Source: Pseudomonadota bacterium
Lineage (GTDB): Bacteria; Pseudomonadota; Alphaproteobacteria; Sphingomonadales; Sphingomonadaceae
Assembly (NCBI GenBank): GCA_040388215.1
Contig: JAZKCH010000015.1
Coordinates: forward strand, 17,771 to 81,770
Reading direction: 5' to 3'
DNA: 64,000 nucleotides
The notes beneath the pieces were generated by a model that saw nothing but the letters and a program-made list of their open reading frames with translations, had not been told where the DNA came from and searched no databases. Each line of letters starts with the position of its first letter. The first letter of the stretch is position 1. The position numbers and the translations under genes were made by a program. Positions 59,537-64,000 of this stretch are shown in pieces.

Positions 59537-60982
59537 TTATGCGGCTTGGTGTCCGCTCAGCTCGGCACCCGCGTTCACCGCGAAACGTCGGTTCCAGATC
59601 GTCGCGGAGGCAGACACCGCGGTCACCACCAGGAACGCGAGCGTGAAATTCGCCAGCGCCGGCCGGGTCGCGCCCGTGCCGAGCATTCCGACATGCAGCG
59701 ACGCCGCCCCCACGCAGATGCCGAGCGACAGCATCAGTTGCTGGAACGTCGCGTAGAAGCTGGTCGCGCTGCTCATCCGCGACGATGGGATCTCGTCATA
59801 CGCGATCGTGTTGTACGCCGAGAACTGGAAGGACATGAAGAAGCCTGACACCAACAATACCGCAAAGATCGCCGGGATCGGCCAGTCGGGGCGGAAGAGG
59901 CCGGCGACGGCATAGCCCGAACTCGCGCATAGCCCGCCGACGATCAGGCTGTTGCGGAATCCGAAGCGCCGGAGCACGCGCGGGGCGAGCCCCTTCATTC
60001 CCAGCGAGCCGATCGCACCGGCGATCGTGATCGCGCCGCTCGCCGCCGCGGTCATCCCGAAGCCCAATTGGAGCATCATCGGCAACAGGAACGGCTGTGC
60101 GCCCTGCGTGATGCGGGTCAGTGATCCGCCGATCACCGACAGGCGGAAGGTGGGGATCCGCATCAGCGACAGGTCGAGGATCGGGTCGCTGCGGTGTTTC
60201 GCGTGGCGGATATACGCGATGCCGGCGATCAGGCCGACCACGATCAGCACGACCGCACGCGAGAGTTCGCCGGTGCGGCTTGTCATCTCGAACCCGAACA
60301 GCAGGCAGCCGAGCGACACACCGGACAGGATGAAGCCGGGGACGTCGAAACGCGCCGGTTTGTCCTCGCGCACCTCGCCGATGTAGCGCGTCACCAGGAT
60401 CACGCCGAGCAGGCCGATCGGCACGTTCAGGTAGAAGATCCAGCGCCAGTCGAGATACGTCACGATCGCGCCGCCGACCGGTGGCCCCAGGATCGGGCCG
60501 ATCAGCGCGGGCATGATCAGCCACGACATCGCCTGGACCATGTCCTCCTTGGCGACGCTGCGGAGCAGGACGAGGCGGCCGATCGGGATCATCATCGCGC
60601 CGCCGAGCCCTTGCAGAAAGCGGGCGACCATCATGAACGGCAGGCTGGTCGCCTGGCCGCACAGCATCGATCCGCCGACGAAAATGAGGATCGCTGCGCG
60701 GAAAATGGTGCGCGAGCCGAACCGGTCCGCGAGACGCCCGCTGGCGGGAATGAAGATCGCCAGCGCGAGCAGGTATGAGGTCAGCGCCGAACTCATGCTG
60801 GTCGCGGGCACGCCGAAATCGCGTGCCATCGTCGGCAGCGCGGTGGCCAGCACGGTCGAGTCCATCTGCTCCATGAACAGCGCGCAGGCGATGATCAGCG
60901 CGGTCACGCGGTAGTTGCTCGGCGTGTGCGGCAGCGCGTCGGGGTCCTTGGCGACGCGCGCGATGGTGTCGGCGGCGGGCAT
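59537..60982 (-). CDS. DHA2-family (14-TM) MFS transporter
   Basis: Likely start MPAADT at 60982; MEQMDSTV, GRLADRFG, GPILGPPVGG and WRWIFYLNVPIG motifs. Confidence 0.9.
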   Translation of the reverse strand: MPAADTIARVAKDPDALPHTPSNYRVTALIIACALFMEQMDSTVLATALPTMARDFGVPATSMSSALTSYLLALAIFIPASGRLADRFGSRTIFRAAILIFVGGSMLCGQATSLPFMMVARFLQGLGGAMMIPIGRLVLLRSVAKEDMVQAMSWLIMPALIGPILGPPVGGAIVTYLDWRWIFYLNVPIGLLGVILVTRYIGEVREDKPARFDVPGFILSGVSLGCLLFGFEMTSRTGELSRAVVLIVVGLIAGIAYIRHAKHRSDPILDLSLMRIPTFRLSVIGGSLTRITQGAQPFLLPMMLQLGFGMTAAASGAITIAGAIGSLGMKGLAPRVLRRFGFRNSLIVGGLCASSGYAVAGLFRPDWPIPAIFAVLLVSGFFMSFQFSAYNTIAYDEIPSSRMSSATSFYATFQQLMLSLGICVGAASLHVGMLGTGATRPALANFTLAFLVVTAVSASATIWNRRFAVNAGAELSGHQAA

Positions 60983-61035
60983 GATGCCGTCGCGGATCTC
61001 GCTGTTGATCGAGGCGAGACCGCGTCTGCGGAGCC

Positions 61036-62574
61036 TCACGTCTGCCACCCTCCGCCGAGCGCCTTGAACACGTCGACCTGGCGATCGACGAGCAACGCGT
61101 CGGATGCGGCGAGGTTCGCTTGCGCGGTGGTGAGCGCGGCCTGCGCGGTCAGCAGCGACAGGAAGTCGGTGCGGCCGAAGCGGTAGAGCGTACCGGCCTG
61201 ATCCGCGGCGCGCGCGGCGCTGGACTGGGCACGGCGAAGCGCGGCGTTGCGGTCGCCTTCGCGGGCATAGGCGGACAGTGCGGTCTCGGTTTGGCGCAGG
61301 GCCTCGAGCGTGGTCGAATCGAACTGGGCGAGCGCCTGGTCAGCCGTCGCACCCGCCTGCGCGATCTGGGCGCGAACGACGACACGGTTGGGGAAGCTCC
61401 AGCTTATCAGCGGCCCGAGCCCGAGATGGAACGCGTTGGTCGAGCCTAGCGACGACACCGGCCCGGTGAAGCCTGCCGAACCACCGAGGCTGACTTGGGG
61501 ATAGAGATTCGCGGTCGCTACGCCGATCCGCGCGGTGGCGGCGGCGAGAGTGCGTTCGGCACCGCGGATATCGGGGCGGCGGCGGATCAGCGCTGCACCG
61601 TCACCGATTGGGAGCGGGCGGTTGAGCGCGGGCGGCTTTGCGCAGGTGGCGACGTCCTTCGGGTAATCGGCGGGCGCGCGGCCCATCAGCGTGGCGAGGC
61701 GGTACAGCGCGGCGGTGCGTGTCGCGACCTGTGCGGGGATCAGCGCCTCGCTCTGGTCGACTGCGGTACGGGCGCGCGTCACGTCGAACGCGGTGCCGCG
61801 GCCGCCGCGTTGCAGGCGTTGCGTCACGTTGAGAGTCTGGCGTTGCAGGGCGAGGATGCGGTTGTTGGCGGCGAGCACCGAATTGGCGGTGCATGCGGCG
61901 GCATAGCTGCGTGCGGTCTCCGCGGCGACCGTCACGCGGACATTGTCGCGCGCGGCGGCGACCGCCTCGGCATCGCCCTGCGCGGCCTCGATGCCGCGGC
62001 GGATGCGACCTGAGAGGTCGAGCGGATAGGCTAGCGTGATGCCGAGGTTATAGTCGAGCGTGCCGGGGAGGTTGCCGCCGGTCGTGTACGGGCGGTCGAG
62101 CGAGGTGCCGCCGCCGAGTACGGTCGACAATGTGCGGCCTGCGGCGACTTCGGCGACGACTGCGTCGGCGCGGCGGAGGTTGGCGTCGGCGGCGCGGAGA
62201 TCGGTGTTGGCGGCGAGTGCTTCGGTGACGAAGCCGTCGAGGCGGGGGTCGCCGTAGAGTTGCCACCAATGGTCGGGGAGCGGGGTATCGACGAACGCCT
62301 TTTCATGGCCGCTGTCGAACTGGCCCTGGGCGGAGGGGAGGTTGACGGCGGCGCGGTCGAGGAGGGCGTAGTTCGGGCCGGCGGTGGTGCAGGCGGCGAG
62401 GGCGAGCGCGGCGATGACCGTCGCGAGACCGTAGCGACCAACACGCGCCGTCTCCCTGCCCCCGTCATCCTGACGAAAGTCAGGACCCAGAGCCACGAAG
62501 GGCGGCGCTTGTGATCCTGGGTCCTGACTTTCGTCAGGATGACGGACGGGAAGGGGGCTGATCGCGCGCATCAT
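61036..62574 (-). CDS. Efflux outer-membrane lipoprotein (NodT family) with a REP-derived insertion in its signal-peptide n-region
   Basis: ATGA overlap with the HlyD gene stop; lipobox LAAC (Cys62); RRPDIRGAE and ANLYPQVSL motifs; VFKALGGGW terminus. Confidence 0.9.
   Translation of the reverse strand: MMRAISPLPVRHPDESQDPGSQAPPFVALGPDFRQDDGGRETARVGRYGLATVIAALALAACTTAGPNYALLDRAAVNLPSAQGQFDSGHEKAFVDTPLPDHWWQLYGDPRLDGFVTEALAANTDLRAADANLRRADAVVAEVAAGRTLSTVLGGGTSLDRPYTTGGNLPGTLDYNLGITLAYPLDLSGRIRRGIEAAQGDAEAVAAARDNVRVTVAAETARSYAAACTANSVLAANNRILALQRQTLNVTQRLQRGGRGTAFDVTRARTAVDQSEALIPAQVATRTAALYRLATLMGRAPADYPKDVATCAKPPALNRPLPIGDGAALIRRRPDIRGAERTLAAATARIGVATANLYPQVSLGGSAGFTGPVSSLGSTNAFHLGLGPLISWSFPNRVVVRAQIAQAGATADQALAQFDSTTLEALRQTETALSAYAREGDRNAALRRAQSSAARAADQAGTLYRFGRTDFLSLLTAQAALTTAQANLAASDALLVDRQVDVFKALGGGWQT
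62462..62545. repeat. CGTC-type REP doublet (perfect 29-bp inverted repeat, 84 bp) lying in frame inside the outer-membrane lipoprotein gene
   Basis: CCGTCATCCTGACGAAAGTCAGGACCCAG-N26-CTGGGTCCTGACTTTCGTCAGGATGACGG; each arm has a CCTGAC-GAAA-GTCAGG hairpin. Confidence 0.92.
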
Positions 62575-63470
62575 GCCGTCGTCCCCGGCGCGACGCGCGG
62601 TTCGACCGTCACCGTCGCGGTGCGGCCGACGATCAGTTGTGTCCCCTTCGGCACCTGGGTCAGCTTCACGCGCACCGGAATGCGCTGCGCCAGCCGCACC
62701 CAGTTGAAGGTCGGGTTCACATTGGGCAACAGGTTGGTCGTGTTGGTCCGCTCGCTGTCGTTGATCCCCGCGGCGATGCTGTCGACGCGGCCGTGGAGGG
62801 CTTGCGGCTCGCCCATCAGGTGGACGATCACCGGGTCGCCGAGGTGGATGCTGCCGAGCTTGGTCTCCTCGAAATAGCCCTCGACGCGGAGCGAGTCGGT
62901 GTCGACCAGCGCCATCGCCTGCGCGCCCGTCGCGATGTAATCGCCGGGGTGGAGATCGAGGTTGGTGACGATCCCGTGCACCGTCGCGCGCACCGTGGTG
63001 CGGGCAAGGTTGAGCGCGGCGGTCGAGCGCGCGCTTTGGGCCTGGGCTAGAGCTGCCGATGCGGTTGCGACACGCGCGACGTTCTGCTCGTGGGTTTCCT
63101 TCGCCACCAGATCACCGAGCGCCAAGTCGCGCTGCGCTTCACGGCGCGCCTGCAACAACGTCGCACGCGCGCTCGCAATTGACGCGTCCGACTGCGCCAG
63201 CGTCAGTTCAAAGCGCGGGCGATCGACCACGAACAGGATGTCGCCGGGCTTCACCGCCTCGTTGTCGTGCACCGCGACCTGCGTGACCAGCCCTGCGACG
63301 TCTGGCGTCACGCGGACGATATCGGCGCGGATATGCCCGTCGCGCGTCCACGGATCGGTCTCGTACCGCTTCCACAGCCACAGCGCGACCAGCACCGCGA
63401 GCGCGACGATGACGATCGTAACGGCGGAACGGCCGAGGGGGGCGAACAAGGATTTCAGGCGGGTATTCAT
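62571..63470 (-). CDS. HlyD/AaeA-family membrane fusion protein
   Basis: PWTRDGHIRAD, VTPDVAGLV, GYFEETKL and WVRLAQRIPVRV motifs. Confidence 0.93.
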   Translation of the reverse strand: MNTRLKSLFAPLGRSAVTIVIVALAVLVALWLWKRYETDPWTRDGHIRADIVRVTPDVAGLVTQVAVHDNEAVKPGDILFVVDRPRFELTLAQSDASIASARATLLQARREAQRDLALGDLVAKETHEQNVARVATASAALAQAQSARSTAALNLARTTVRATVHGIVTNLDLHPGDYIATGAQAMALVDTDSLRVEGYFEETKLGSIHLGDPVIVHLMGEPQALHGRVDSIAAGINDSERTNTTNLLPNVNPTFNWVRLAQRIPVRVKLTQVPKGTQLIVGRTATVTVEPRVAPGTTA

Positions 63471-63673
63471 GCGGAAGGTCCGGTCAGCAGGGCGAGCAGC
63501 CCGAGGATAAGGAAGAACAGCGCGAGATCGACGAGCGGTCGATACGTCACCGCGCGATAGGCGCCGGCGAACGCAAGCAGTCGCGTGGCGATGCCGGTGA
63601 GGAGCACGGCGGCGACTGCGAGCAGCAGGATGCTCGGCAGGTAGACGCCGCCGATCGAGATTTCGCCGGTCAT
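63467..63673 (-). CDS. DUF1656/AaeX-family small membrane protein
   Basis: MTGEISIGGVYLP...YRPLVDLALF; ATGA overlaps on both sides. Confidence 0.88.
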   Translation of the reverse strand: MTGEISIGGVYLPSILLLAVAAVLLTGIATRLLAFAGAYRAVTYRPLVDLALFFLILGLLALLTGPSA

Positions 63674-64000
63674 GCGGCCACTCCGTACGCTGGTGCCAGA
63701 TAAGGGGGCGCCGACGGGAACAGGTTGCGACGCAGCGAGGTCAGCGCGAGCACGCTCGTGCGGTGGCGATCGGGCGTGGATGTGGCCATCGCCGCCATCG
63801 CGGTGTCGATCCCGGCGAGCAGATCGGGCTCGGGGGGCGCAGGCTGGTTGGGGCGCAGGGCGCGGTAATGTGCGCCGATCCCGCGGAGAACCGGTGTGAT
63901 CATCGCGGCCTCGTCGGGCGTGCCGTCGAGCCGCAACTGCTTGAGTTCGCCGACCGCGACGCCGACGCGCAGATCGGTCAGCGCATCGAGCAGCGGCTTG
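63670..64000 (-). CDS. FUSC/AaeB-family inner-membrane protein, C-terminal part (5' end beyond the window)
   Basis: The frame is open to the window end: KPLLDALTDLRVGVAVGELKQLRLD...LTSLRRNLFP; it lies upstream of DUF1656-HlyD. Confidence 0.8.
   Translation of the reverse strand, partial: KPLLDALTDLRVGVAVGELKQLRLDGTPDEAAMITPVLRGIGAHYRALRPNQPAPPEPDLLAGIDTAMAAMATSTPDRHRTSVLALTSLRRNLFPSAPPYLAPAYGVAA

Noticed and set aside
62031-62468. GGGAG + GTG just downstream of the REP as an alternative start for the efflux lipoprotein
   Set aside because: That GTG is out of frame with the lipoprotein and opens only a short Ser/Pro/Arg-rich shadow ORF.

Overview
A GC-rich alphaproteobacterial chromosomal window; gene content and repeat types suggest Sphingomonas or another Sphingomonadaceae member (inference). 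From left to right it holds: (1) a 5'-truncated membrane Ser/Thr kinase followed by TagH-like FHA and PP2C genes; (2) a MexJK/TriC-like RND pump with a membrane-anchored AraC regulator; (3) a dienelactone hydrolase, a Bcr/CflA MFS transporter, and a NemR-like TetR divergent from a DJ-1/PfpI gene; (4) a ~29.5 kb GlcNAc/N-glycan locus, with leftward cutC-nagQ-nagB(II)-nagA-nagF-nagE (PTS) and rightward TonB receptor-GH2-GH20-GH2-GH2-GH3-GH125-GH92-GH29; (5) a same-strand ion/osmotic block: FAD oxidoreductase-nhaA-torF-27 aa peptide-kdpFABCDE-81 aa membrane protein-opgD-opgH; (6) a FUSC/AaeXAB-like efflux operon plus a DHA2 MFS, running off the right end. No rRNA, tRNA, CRISPR array or transposase was seen. 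The most notable observations are: two REP-type palindromic doublets inserted in frame inside protein-coding genes (the nagF linker and the signal peptide of an efflux lipoprotein); a CutC-family protein of unknown function inside the GlcNAc/N-glycan locus; a second EIIB domain in NagE with His at the phospho-Cys position; a diverged second beta-mannosidase paralog; and a TorF porin plus an extra micro-peptide heading the kdp operon. All motif, operator and functional assignments were made by eye without database searches.
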